A stretch of 64,000 nt of DNA from Takakia lepidozioides (taxonomy: Eukaryota > Plantae > Bryophyta). Of this stretch, positions 12,908-25,183 are shown one piece after another (positions within the stretch are counted from its first letter, which is position 1; each line of letters begins with the position of its first letter). The position numbers were made by a program, and so were the translations under genes. Location: positions 25,668,001 to 25,732,000 of the forward strand of contig CM060732.1 in assembly GCA_030704615.1 (NCBI GenBank), read 5' to 3'. The notes under the pieces were generated by a model. The model had not been told where the DNA came from, ran no database searches, and saw only the letters and a list, made by a program, of their open reading frames with translations.

Positions 12908-13288
12908 TCGGATGAACTATTGAGCCAGTGGATGAAAATTGGCGCTCCTGGATGAGAGTTGGTTGCAGTGGATGAAACTGCGCCAGAGGATGAAATCTCA
13001 TCAGCGGATGAACTATTACGCTATCGGATGAAAAATCGTGGCGACGGAATGAAACTGTGCCAGCGGATGAAATCTCATCAGCGGATGAACTATCGCACTA
13101 TCGGATGAAAAATCGTGGCAATGGATGAAACTGCGTCAGCAGATGAAAAATCACGGTGACGGATGAAATCACGCCAGTGGATGAAATATCGCACCGACGG
13201 ATGAACTATAGCGGCGGATGAAGTATCGGACCTGCGGATGAGAAATCGCGGTTTTGGATGAAATTTGGTCAGTGACGGATGAAAAATC
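12908..13288. repeat. Minisatellite of ~18-20 bp units anchored on ggatgaa
   Basis: About 20 ggatgaa(a/c) cores with a higher-order ~77 bp duplication. Confidence 0.85.
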
Positions 13289-13299
13289 GACTGACTATG

Positions 13300-13860
13300 G
13301 ATATTTTTGGAGCCTTTTGGGGCCTGCTTTGAGGACTATTTGGGGTCTATTGAGGCCAATATCTTGCAGGTATTGGGGCCTGCTTGAGAACTCTTTGGGG
13401 TCTATTGAGGCCAATATTTTGCAGGTATTGGGGCCTGCTTGAGGACTATTTGGAGTCTATTGAAGCCAATATCTTGCAGGTTTGTGGAGCCTGCTTGGGG
13501 CTGTTTGAAGGACTATTTGAGGTCCTTCGAGACCAATGTTTTGCAGGCCTGTGGAGCCTTGTAAGGGCTGGTTGGAGGACGATTGGAGGTCCTTGGAGGC
13601 CCATATTGGGCAGACTTATGGAACTTTCTAAGAGCTCTTTGGGGGACTATTGGAGGTCCTTGGAGGCCAATACTTGGCAGATTTGAGGAGCTTCTTAAGG
13701 GCTGTTGGAGGACTGTTGGAGGTCCTTGGAGGCCAATACTTGGCAGATTTGTGGAGCTTCTTAAGGGCTGTTTGGAGGACTATTGGAGGTCCTTGGAGGC
13801 CATATTGGGCAGGCTTGTGGAGCCATTGGAGGCCACTAATTGGCGGGCGCCTAGGGCCTT
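13300..13860. repeat. Degenerate ~55-65 bp tandem repeats
   Basis: Recurrent ggactattggaggtccttggaggccaata and tctattgaggccaatatcttgcagg units. Confidence 0.8.
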
Positions 13861-14538
13861 TGGGTGGACTGTTTAGAGTCCAAGTTTGCGAACTTCTTGA
13901 ACCTCGGTGGGTCTATGTGAGGGGCTGATTGAGGGCAAATTTCATAAGTTCATGGCAATAATTTGAGGGCTCTTGAGAGTTATTTGAGAGGTCCTTTAAA
14001 GATAGTTTTATGTATTGCTTGAGCAAGAGTGAGTATGAAGATAGGGGGAGTAATGGGATGAGAGCATTCTGGGCTTAGAGATTGCTTTAGTTTCCATTCT
14101 CTATAGTCTTCCATCATTCTTGTAGGCCAAAGCTTTTCTGTAAGCGGATGCAGAGCTAATTTGGATAGAGACTTGGCCATCTTGTAGGTTTATTGAAGCC
14201 GCAAGGAGATCGATGGATTTAAGCTGTGGGAGGTGTTGTTGTTTGAGTTTCCTGTGTTTGGATCCTCCTCCCACACATGCATGCTTGACTGTGCGCCATG
14301 CTAGTTTGGTTTGGGCGCTTGCTTTTATAGGTGGTTGTGTCGGAAATATTGTGGCCGGCCAATCCTAGAGCGTGTTGTCGGTGGTGAGGCTGGGGTGATG
14401 ACCAGCAGACCATCATTGTTTCTCTTATGGTGAGGCTGGGTTGATGACCAGCAGACCATAGGAGTGCCTGCAGTGGATGCAGGTGCAGGTGCAGGTTCAG
14501 AATAAGAACCTAGTATTCCAAACCATAAGCCGCAACAG

Positions 14539-15758
14539 ATTCTCTACCCGGTTACCTTGTGGAAAGGGGGATTAGAGACAAGTTGATAGCCGGTTTGAGT
14601 GTGAGTTTTCATCACGGAGGTGCCACCAGTTGCTGAGGAGAGTGCCGGTACGAGCACCAACGATACTAGTGGGTATACAAGACGAGGTATGCGGTTTAGG
14701 CCACCTTCACCTTCAATGTCTTCTGAAGAAGATTCAGACTCAGAGTTATGAGGATTCTCGCCGAGGGTGCAAGCCATTTCCGTGCCATTGTTGTGGGATA
14801 CGATGGAGGAAATGTGTGGAGCTACCAAAGGGCCACGTCGGTACTCGGGAGCTGTGGGCTTTTATGGCGTGGAAGGGGCTGTTTCAGCACCTTGAGGGGC
14901 CACCTATTGTTGACTACCATGAGTTTAGGCGGGGAAATGAGGTAGAGATTAAGGAGTGACGACAATATTGGTCACCTGACTATGTCTCCATCACTAGAGG
15001 CACAAGGGCAGCGGCGGTACCAGGAGCTACACCAACATCCCCAACTGCAAGCACTAGTAGTGGGACAAGTAAAGATGGAGCTGGGAAATCTACTCAAGCT
15101 CCTGCTGCAGCACCAGCACCCGTGCCTGCCTTTAATCCAGTTGTGGAGTTCTTCGAGGAGTTGAGGGAGAAACTACCAAGGGATAAGGACGGAGAAATTG
15201 CGGAGCTTGCAAGAATTCCAGCGCAAGCTTACTGAGAGTTTGAGAAGTGAGGGGAGTTCAGTGACATCACCTGGACCTCCTGAGTTAGCTCCTTTGGACA
15301 TGGTGCCCATTACCTGGCAACCACCTGACTCAGGGATTTGTTTGCTAGACCTGTTTGGAGGTATGAGCATTGGGCTTGCAGGAGTGTTGCAAGCAGGGAT
15401 TAAAGTACGCAAGTACTTGTATGTGGAGAAGGATGAGATCGCTCGGCGTATTTCTATGCGCCACATTGCCTTGCTCACACACCGGTATCATGAGTTGTCG
15501 CATCTCTCAGCAATTCAAGGGTATCAAAAGGCCTTGCCAGCAGACATTACCTTGCTGGGGGTGGATGATTTGGAGCGGCATGGTTCCATTGACTTGGTAA
15601 TAGCCGGATGACCTTGCCAAGGACACTCTCCCGTAGGTCATGGGAATGGCTTGCATGATGCACGATCGCATTTGTTTTGGGAGATGTTGCGAGTGTTGCG
15701 GGACTTGCAGACGAGGCAAGTGCAACCTCTAGGCTATATCTTAGAGAATGTTCCTCTT
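14539..15758 (+). mobile_element. Internally deleted DNMT-carrying Ty3/Gypsy element, copy 1 (gag N-terminus joined to DNMT motifs I-VI)
   Basis: Leader and gag (VVEFFEELR..YQGIRTEKLRSLQEFQRK) homologous to 34860-35230; then directly LLDLFGG...YLYVE...IDLVIAG*PCQGHS...DARSHLFWE...YILENVP. Confidence 0.85.
15250..15758 (+). pseudogene. C5 DNA cytosine methyltransferase N-terminal half (retrotransposon-borne, DNMT3-like)
   Basis: Motif I LDLFGG, II YVE, IV G(W>*)PCQG, V DARS-LF, VI ENV; one nonsense codon; truncated after motif VI. Confidence 0.88.
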
Positions 15759-16967
15759 ACTTTGCCCACTGCATACAATGTCTGGCATGGATCGTTCACC
15801 TGTTCGGTAGAATGATGCTTATGTTACTGCACATATAACCCACCGACATCATCCCACTCCATTTCCCTCGACTCACGAGTTGGCTAGGCCCTACATGACT
15901 GTGCTGCATCTATCACATGATTTAATCTTCCCGCAGCCACAAACCCGCATGTATGTTCCATCTATATGTTATCTAGCTCCTGATTCTTACCGTCTCGTCA
16001 GTTACCAGATCTTTTACACTCCAAGTCCGGCTAAGCAGTGACCCATCAGTCTGCACCCTGTTATGCCCATCGCTGTCTCTCCCACCTCCCCGCAACCCAC
16101 TCCGCTACTTCTCTACTGACATCAATTTTGGCTTGGTGCAGCTTGTTCTTGCAACACAGCTTATGCAACCCTTACGCCAATCCTGCTCAGAGGGCGACTT
16201 CCGATTGCCAACACGCCACCATTCACCAGGGTTTGAAGAAGGCCAAAGCAATCGTTGTCTTCCATCAGCTCGGTCTGCCAGCCCGTTGGCCACCATACAG
16301 AACTGTCTAGATTCATTTCTCCAGGAGCCACCGGCTGTAAGAGTGTGCCAATTCGAATCAAGTCGTCGAAATGCGGGGTTGGGTTTCGCTCCACCATGTA
16401 CTGGAGCAGCTTGAGGATGGTTGCGATGCCCGAGACTCCACGGGGGCTCTTGAGGTCGATTATGCGATAGTTGCATCTTGCCTGAGCCATGTCGTAGCAG
16501 GAGCTGCACACATGGCTCGCAAGGGTTGACAAGGGAGGAAGAGATGATTATAAACCGGGCATTTAAACAGGTCTCGGTTTCTCCATAATCGCCAAGGTCG
16601 GCGCATGCTGATCATTCGGGGATCTGATACCTGCGAGCTGATGCAGTGGTAAGGACCGAGCATTCGGGTGCTTGGAGAGTGCAGTATTGGGGAGCCAAAG
16701 TAAATAGCAGTTGGTGTGACAGTTCCTCATAGCAGCATGCTATGTTCATAGCGGAGACACTGCTTTTGAGCTGAAAAGTGAAAAACTTCATGGAATCAAG
16801 CAAAGTAAAGCTTAACAAAAGCGCTAGAGAGAGGCGGTAAAGAGTGTGGTGGTGTCCACGATCAGCGTGAAAGATTCGCTGCGTAGCAGCGAGATGAACA
16901 GAGGTCTTGGCCATGGTGGCGGCCATAACTAGATCAGTAGAGTGGACAAGATAGCGGAAGCGAAACG

Positions 16968-17045
16968 TAGTCAAGTGGCGAGCCCCATGATTGGACACCA
17001 TGATGCCTGCAACTCCAGCCTGCAATGCTAGTGTTGCTGCACTCA
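16968..17045 (-). pseudogene. Glycolate oxidase / FMN alpha-hydroxy-acid oxidase gene fragment
   Basis: ATLALQAGVAGIMVSNHGARHL matches the active-site segment GIIVSNHGARQL; isolated, flanks unrelated. Confidence 0.75.
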
Positions 17046-17994
17046 TGCACAAGTTTCTCATTTCAATCGCAATCAAGAACGAGATTCCAATGCTCATTCC
17101 CAAAAATGCACCCAAAATAGCTAAACAATGAAACCCATATGACCGAAAAGTCCAGGGCATCTATGTGACAAAATGGCATCACTATCTTACATGCATATTC
17201 CTATTCCGCTCTATCAAAAATTTCAAATGACCACCATTACAAGGCCTAGCATGCCTTAACCAGAACCAATCTTGAAATCATTGAAAAAACAAAATACTCA
17301 TACGCTGTCTGTTGTATGGACCATACTATACGGGACATTCAATATTAGGATAGGTAGACCCTCGCCGTCTCTGAGGGGATGTTGTGGAATGTGTGATCTC
17401 TCTTCTGAACCTCTCAGGCAAGAAAGGATATATGTGCCTGACAAGTGGCAGTTTATGAATGGTGCATCAAGCTTCTAGGCTGGACCTAGTTGCCTTTAGG
17501 TACTTTCAGCACACACTTGCATGTTTTAATCATACAGGATTGGATTGATGTGGCCTGCCTATGGAACATAGTGGTCTCATTGCCACATTTGCCAGTCAGC
17601 CTGGGATAGAAAGCTTTCAGTTGATACCATACCAGAAATTAAGGGGGGTGACTTGGCTACAAAAAGATTTTCATGCCTTAAAATGGAGGAACTGTTGGCA
17701 ACCTTGAAATCTAAAGAGGAACATCAACCATTGGGGACTACATACATAAGACCTACCTTGTGTTCCAATCACTCGCAACTTCCTGTATTCAGAGAGAATA
17801 CCCTAGACAATGTAAAGTAAGATACAAGAGAGGGGGAGAGAATGTACTCATAAGACGTAATGAAGGGAAGCTTCAGTAACGTGGCAAGTCCAAACTGTTT
17901 TTATGATGACAAAAGATGGACACTTGAGAAACAGATGGAAGAGAGAACTGTTGCAGCACTTGCAATGCAGTCAGGGGAGCCACCATAACTCTCA

Positions 17995-18236
17995 GCATTG
18001 CAAACGCACACAAACGTTATGAGGTCGGGCTTCACCCCTTCCCCCATCATTTGCTCATAGGTCTCTAAAGCTGCCTCCATCCCGCGCCCCTGCTCTGCAT
18101 ACCCTGCAAGCATCGCACTCCACGACACCACATCTCGTTCAGCCTGCATAGTGTTGAACACTCCCTTTGCATCCTCGTTGCACCCACATTTGGCATACAT
18201 GTCCACCAGGGCAGTGTTCAGAATGACATCTGGTAA
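17995..18236 (-). pseudogene. PLS-class PPR fragment
   Basis: DVILNTALVDMYAKCG...RDVVSWSAMLAGYAEQGRG...YEQMMGEGVKPDLITFVCVCNA. Confidence 0.9.
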
Positions 18237-18239
18237 TCT

Positions 18240-18411
18240 GACGGGCATTCACCTTTTTGCCTCGGTTGTCCCACCATTGGTATTCATTCCACAGCTTCTC
18301 CTCAATTCTACTACCTGTTTTTGGATACTTTCCTATTGTCACATTGGCAGTATCGCGCTCCAAACTAGATTCACTCAACCAGCTAACTTGAAGAATTCAA
18401 CATGGAAATTT
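18240..18411 (-). pseudogene. OSB-family PDF-motif exon fragment abutting the PPR fragment
   Basis: EEKLWNEY-QWWDNRGKK|gtgaat; DNA closely similar to 39560-39740 and 40100-40290. Confidence 0.75.
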
Positions 18412-19763
18412 CGGGTTTACATGTGGGTCTTATCCAATCAAGGTACATTCAAGTTAATATTTAAGTGGGTCAAGATTATCTGCTTCATGTAGGTACTATC
18501 TAGTGGTATATCAGGATCTTACTCATTTTTGGCACCAATACGTGGTCTCTCCCTTATAGGGAGGAGCCAATAAAGAGAAGATTGTGGGACCTTTGTTGAC
18601 TATACCGTCCCTTGTCAGGCAGAATAAGCTAGTCAATTCATGTTATTATTGCAACAACCCCAACCACGCACTCGCAGTGTCAAAATTTCCACACCATGAA
18701 GCCATCATTTAGTAAGCTTGGGGAAAAATATGCATCTTCTAAGCTTGTACAATCTATCAATATTGCAAATGCTGCCATGTCATCTCTTTTTACGCTTTTT
18801 TAGAGCCGCAGTTGATGTGAAATTTGTGTTTTCTGGAGTACACACACATTGTCAGAGACTGTGTCAGAGTGCTGCACTGCAGTTGTGAGCTCAACTGTGA
18901 GGTTTAAATTAAATTGCCTTTGAATTTTTTTGCTTCTACAGGGGCTATTTTCAATTGCTTCGTGAGCATTGTTGCTTATCCCATTTCCGAGGATCCAGTA
19001 GATCCATCCTCGGTGCCTACTCTGAAATTGAAAGGTCCACTCAAAAATCCCTACTACAAAGTCTGTAGCAAAGAGGAACCGCCTAAAGAGGCTTTGCACT
19101 AGAACGTCAAGTAGGTCAGAGTTAACACAAGAGCCAAGGCTAAGCAAAAATGTTGGTGATTCTGTTTCACTCCATTCCGAGGGTAGTAGCAGCATTGGAC
19201 TTGAGGCCACTTCTCTAATTCATGGTGCATCAGCTCTCTTTACAATCTCGGGATTGATTTGGAGGACAGTGAAAATCTAGAAGATTTATTTTGGGAGGAA
19301 TTTGAGTCTGCAGTTTCCGATGTTTTGCCGTCTGGTTCACCACCAGCATCTGAAGGTAACGAGCGCCATGGCAGTGCATCTCGACAAAGCATGGATGTTA
19401 CTGTTGATGGAATATCGGAAGCGTTTGGTGCAGGGACGAGGTTTCGTGATGTTGACGAGCAAGAGATGCAAACTATCATTGGCAGTGGTCGATGCTTGAG
19501 TAAGTTTTCCGAAATTTGGGTTCCAAACACGTTTGACACTTGGAGGCGCTTTTGTGGATATCCTCTGGACAAAAGCATCGTTGATCTTCACAAATGTGAT
19601 ATCAAAGGCCTCGTTGAAATGTTGACGGTATTCATACTACAACTCACAAAGAAGGATGGATCTTTATATCATCTTGGCAGGTTGAGTGCTCAATTCTTTG
19701 TCTCAATTCTCGCTCAATTCTTTCCCGACACACTAGTATGCGTTCCAGTGAAGAGCCGTGCTA

Positions 19764-19764
19764 C

Positions 19765-19830
<66 letters not shown>
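19764..19830. repeat. (AG)n microsatellite; inferred left inversion breakpoint and displaced LINE tail
   Basis: Direct read; flanked by gccgtgcta 19755-19763. Confidence 0.95.
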
Positions 19831-19833
<3 letters not shown>

Positions 19834-20770
19834 CTCATAGCATGTCAAAGCTAGACAAGGAAACACTAAGCACAGTGTGCCATGTTTGCCTCTTTTTAAC
19901 GACATCAGACAGCCTAATCTAGGCACCATCAAATTGTCTCTACCCATATTTGCCTCCATACCTCCCTTTACATATCCTTGCTAGAAAAACCAGTTTTTAG
20001 GTGTACAAAGTGGCAATCAGATGCACACTAGGTAGGCCCTTCTTAGAAACAGATCTGCCTCCTCAGTTTTATATTATAGGAAGCGATAGTAGAAGTAGGA
20101 AGACACAAGTGTCTCCTTAAAAGTAACTCCTTTCCATGTAGGTACAAGCTCATAGATCCATCAAACCAAATAGAGCAAAAACAACAATAGTATGTGTACA
20201 ATCAACACAGACAAATACATTTGAGGTTTGAGAGAGCTCAAGGCCTCGCTCCCTTAGTCTCTTGCCCTTAGTAGCATTTCCTGCAACAAAAGAAGGTGAA
20301 GTGGCATCACCTGGATCCATCACAGCCAACCAACCAACTAACAGGTTAGTGATTCCTATGGAACCCCAGGCTGAAACCCCTTCACATTTGTTATCAATGT
20401 CATCCCTGCAACAGGTCATACTAGCAAAGAGAGGAGAGGTAAGAGAGGTCCTTTCAGCCATTCAACATAGGTACAAAACTCAGTAGCACCTATTTCAGCC
20501 CATGCTCCAGAGGGAGGGGGGGTGGTCTCATGTATGTAAGCACCCATTCCCAAAAGGAAGGTGTCACTAGAGCCAAGTACTCAAGCAAGGGGACACATAG
20601 AGGCCTTTGGTTTGCAAAAGTATTCAAAGAATCAGAGTAGAGCTAATCATGTCCATGTAAGTAAGCATGACAACAACACCTATTCCCAAAAGGAAGACCA
20701 AGTACTCAAGCAAAGGCACATGGTTCACTAGCCTCCCAAGTACTAGGCCGCTTACTTTTCATCAACAAGA
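19831..20770 (-). mobile_element. Unclassified insertion (possible LTR remnant) interrupting the recombinase exon; probably continues at 22519-22967
   Basis: Minus strand begins TGTTGATG right where recombinase homology stops; internal duplication of cccaaaaggaag...ccaagtactcaagcaa. Confidence 0.35.
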
Positions 20771-21790
20771 ATGCCTCAATCACTTCTTGGTTTGGGCAAT
20801 CAACTACTTGTCGATGGAAGGCTGCAGAGCAGTGATCAGCATCGATCTTGTACTTTTTTTTACTGATGATCAAACTACAACTACCCGTGTATACAACTAC
20901 CTTTGATGATACCTATAATATAAGTATACACGGTCATGGCAAGCGATAAATAACTCCTGAAGCAATTTTTGCACTAAACTACGGAAAAACACTATGTCTG
21001 CTTACATCATGCCTACTCTTAGAATTCCCAAGATTTCAATGCATCAACAAGGTACTCAAGCAGACTTGGCGTTCACCGGAAGCAAGGTCGTAGCACACAA
21101 GTTTTGTCTAGAAAACTAACACAAGGCCTACGCAAATTACTGTCAATTGAGTGCTACCGATCAACAGCACCGAAGAAATTCCTCGTTGATCCTCTATCCA
21201 AAAGTGATAAGCAATAATGTACAAACCTAGCAGTGATACTCACCGTAAGACACGGCCTAAAGGAGTCATCACCACAGAGAACTCTTCTTTGTCAACATTG
21301 CGTAGTTCTACACCAGCTCGAATAAAAAACTGCAAAGTGTATGTGAAGTAGTAGTTACAACCTTGAGGAGTCTTAGGTTGACATATTTGTTGACTAAACA
21401 TCATCTTCTCATGCTCTCGAGTTAGAATATCACTCTTCTTAACAATTCTTCCCAAACCTGCTTTCGAAGATCGTTGAATAGCCTCGGTATAGGCAAGCTT
21501 CACCTTTGCGTACCACTTGCAGATTTAATATCAGTTTTGACCATACATTCTTCTTCTCTGGCTCTTATTAATTATCCAATTCCTTTTACCATCGCTTGAA
21601 TACTGAAAGCATGAAATGAGAGTTCATGAGAAAGACTTGTTTGGATCGACAGAAAATTTGAATGCAAACTTCCTCAAACGCAATAATACAGTAGATATAA
21701 ATGAAGCTTAGTGACAAATCATGTTGGCAAGTACTATAAAGGTCGCATAGATTCATTGCACACGTATACTTATGTAATTTATAGCACGGC

Positions 21791-22461
21791 CCCGATCATA
21801 CGATACCCTCATGGCTACTTCCATGTGCATGCAGAACCCACTCATCTTGCACATGCCCCTCTAGACTTTGTCCAGATATCTTGCTCGTCCAGGGCCTTCC
21901 CATAAATGCCCCCCTACCCACTACCCCCTCCCCAAACCTCACCATACACTTCGTCGAATCTACAGACTGTCACGCTCGATACCCCAGCTCCTCCATCCTC
22001 GAAAAACGTCAGAAATATGCCCCACTCATCCTCGTCATCGACCAACGGGGATGGATCACAAGCCCACTTACTGTCATCACCGTTCACCAGAGGAGGCATA
22101 CACAATGCCAGTATCGATGCACTCTACAACAACTTTAAAATCCCCCTCACCCCTATTCATAAATGTTTCAAAGCCATACACCTCACGGCACTCCACTCCT
22201 TCACGGCTATCATCACCAACAAACGACAACTTGAGTCCAACCCTACTCATGCTCCCTAGTGCCCCGGTTACCTTTGGGTACCCATGGGGTCACATGGACC
22301 CATGTGTACCCCCATGATATCCTTGGTACCAGGGATACCTCCCTCCCAACGGTCACATGGTGTCCCCTAAACACTGATCTCTTTATTACATAGGGCCCAC
22401 CCCTGAAAAGCGGCAGTAGCCGCAAGGCGAAGTGGCTCTTAGTTATGTCGGCTTCAGCCGA

Positions 22462-22518
<57 letters not shown>
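21791..22518 (+). mobile_element. Dualen/RandI-like LINE 3' fragment, copy 2, ending in (TC)n at 22467-22518
   Basis: PDILLVQGLPINAP...LEKRQKYAPLI RLE region and 3' UTR homologous to 3769-4505. Confidence 0.85.
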
Positions 22519-22522
<4 letters not shown>

Positions 22523-24605
22523 CTTGACTGTGGATATGTTCTTTGTAACAACACTCAAGAACTGTCTGAAAATGAGAGGCTCGAGGAATTTTTTCTCTCT
22601 CCCTCTTTCCTTAAATGTTGCTAAGATTTTTAAAGACAACATTCAAGAATTGCTTGATCCCGTTATTCTGTTCATATTTTTTTCTAGAACAGAACGGGGA
22701 ATTGTATAACGGGATGACTCACTAGGATGACTCATGAGGGTGACTCAGTAGGGTTCACCCTAGAGGTCTTAACCTAAAGCTGCTGCCCTACATGGTTAGT
22801 ATGCTTGGCCACTCTTCTCATTTGGAAGAGCAGGCAAGAGCTGAAGGAGCTGACTACACTATGTCTACAAGCAAGGTATCCATTTAGACTCCTTCAACAC
22901 TGTGATGGGCTGCTTAGGATGGCCACACAAAAAGAGTTGATACTATGAGGAACTTACATAGACTTGACTAAGCTCTATTTTGAATCTAGGAATACTTTTG
23001 CAAAACCAAGGGCTTCTCCACTGCATCTTCTCTTTCTGACCCCCCGTGTCAAGTGGAATTTTATGGATCCAGTCTGGTACACAAAGATTCGGGTAGGAAA
23101 AGAACACTCTGGGAAGTTACACAGAGAGAATTACCAAGGACATTCCTGAACTAGCTGGAAAAGTTTTGACAAACAAAACTGGAAGAGGTACTGGAATTAC
23201 ACGGATGGAACAAACAATGGTTCCAACGCATTATGGAATGGAGCAAACGGGGCACATAGACCCAAAATCCTACCAATAGTAAGTTATCTCTATGTTGCTT
23301 CTAAAATGGTTCGTTAATGAGTTGTATGTACTTGAATCTATGCATTCATGATTCTAATTAGCTGTCTGTTTTGTGCTGCCCAGATACAATCAAATTCAAG
23401 ATGTTGATTAGCCGTGTTTGCCAATGCATAGTATCTGCGGAGGTTTTCGAAGGCAAACCACTTACATTTGAGAGAGCATTTGCAGATGAGAAAGCAAAGT
23501 ATGAAGAGATCTTTAGTGAGAGACTGCGTAGAGGGAGCAGGATCTTCCGATATCTCACATACTATTCAAACCACTCCATGTACTTCTGTATCCAGTGCCT
23601 ATCAGTCGTTCCGAGTCACTCCCCTTAGTTCCTAGTGAACTTCGGCATGAACCGGTGGCACCTACATTGGCATCAGCTACACTCCCTTCATCAGATCGGC
23701 AGTTGCTCTCAGAACATCTTCTGCACAAGAATTACAGCCTTGACTTGAATGCAGTACAAGAAGATGATGAATTTTGGAGCAGTGCAGAAGGTGAATCTGC
23801 AATTTCTACAGAAATGAAGAGACACCAACAGATCTTTAGATCACAAGTTCCGATGCAAATCTGTACGTGGTGTTGGGCAACGGTTTGCAAATATTGTGAA
23901 CAATGTCTTTGTAGTTGATCCTCAAGCTGCTGCTGAGATTTTTAAGAATCTGCAGAAGAAGGATTGAAGTGGCGTATGAGGATTCTTGTATACCATTCAG
24001 TTTTTGAATACTAGTTGTGTATCACTAGAAAGAAACCTTGTTGAGATACTAGACAAGCTACGTCATTTTGATGTTTACATTCAATTTTCACATTTGTGGT
24101 AATCCTATGGTAATGCCATTCAAGAATCCTTAACTTTGTGGCATCCACAATTTTGTTACCTGATTAGTGAGTAATTTTCACGTTATTGCCCTTGTCATAG
24201 GCCTGTCATAGCCTTTAAAAAAAAAAAAAAAACGCAATAGGGAACATAACCCAAATGGACGGTTGCTTGAAGGAAAGAAGAAAGCCCCTCAAAAGAAAAA
24301 GAAAAAAGCTCCTAAAAAGAAGTGATACCTTATAAAGAAATGATACAAAAGAAATGTCGACACCGCATATCTTGCAAAAATAAGAGAGTCGTCCAATCTG
24401 CAGAATGTTCCTCCCATTTGCATAATGTTCCTCCAATGTGAGCGGGAGTATTTCGAGGCATATTCCCAACAGGGAGGGATTTTGAATTTTTTTAAATTAA
24501 AAAAAGAAAATAAACAGGGGACAAAGGCCTTGACAAAATTTTATTAAGGAAGGTCAAAGTAGACCTTGAATCATATAGGAAAATTCTGGGCAGTTCTTTA
24601 CAGTA

Positions 24606-25183
24606 CCATAGTGGGATAGCCGGTTAGGCAGAAATTAATTTGAAAATAAAGTGCCTAATCAAAATAAATTATTTTTGACAAGAGTGCCTAATTTAAGAAA
24701 ATTGTCTTCAAAGAGTACCTAATTTTCAAAATTTTCTCTAAAAGTGCATATGGTATACAAACTTGAATTTAAATTAGAAACAAATCTAAAATAGAAAAAC
24801 TAAAACTAAAAATGACATCCATTTAGAATGATATTAATTTAAAACGTCATCCATGGACTCCACCGGGATCCCTAAATGCCCCTGCAACGGCAAAGGAGCC
24901 CCCGGCCTGTTATCCACGCCCTGGGCCCATACTTTCGTGTAGGATACAGGCCCTCTAGGCCGGGCGAGTACCTGCTGGAGCGACTAAAAAACACGACTGC
25001 CTACATTTATGGCGTGAGTTAAGGCGGCGGCTATCCAAGTGGTCCCTCTGGAGCAAGGCAGTGTTGCCGCTGGGGGAGGTGAGTGTTGGAGGCCGCAGGA
25101 GGTTACCGATGCAGTGTTGTTTGGTGTACCCCCCTGGTGATGCTCTTAGGCAGGCAAGTGCCTAACCGGCTATCCCACTACGG
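24606..25183. mobile_element. Tc1/mariner-type MITE
   Basis: 25-bp TIR cc(a/g)tagtgggatagccggttaggca (24606-24630 / 25159-25183), TA on both flanks. Confidence 0.85.

Larger units (their letters stand above)
11768..14538 (+). mobile_element. Probable long 5' LTR of DNMT-Gypsy copy 1
   Basis: Starts tgttg, ends caaca; the 3' part (from ~14312) is homologous to 34643-34857 upstream of gag in copy 2; left boundary uncertain. Confidence 0.4.
18914..23950 (+). mobile_element. Decayed Crypton-like (DUF3504) tyrosine recombinase gene with introns; middle exons inverted
   Basis: Exon to 19680 (+): RFRDVDEQEM...NTFDTWRRF...MLTVFILQLTKKDGSLY; 21602-21244 (-): AGLGRIVKKSDILTREHE...TPQG...FFIRAGVELRNV; ~20890-20773 (-): SK-YKID...EVIEAF; 22968-23278 (+): KLYFE...LFLTP...WYTKIRVGK-NTLG...TNKTGRGTGITRM...QTGHIDPKSY; from 23384 (+): Y. 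Stops and frameshifts present. Confidence 0.82.

Noticed and set aside
12908-13288. CRISPR-like periodic repeat
   Set aside because: The core is only ~7 bp, the spacers are related to each other, there are no cas genes and the context is eukaryotic; it is a minisatellite
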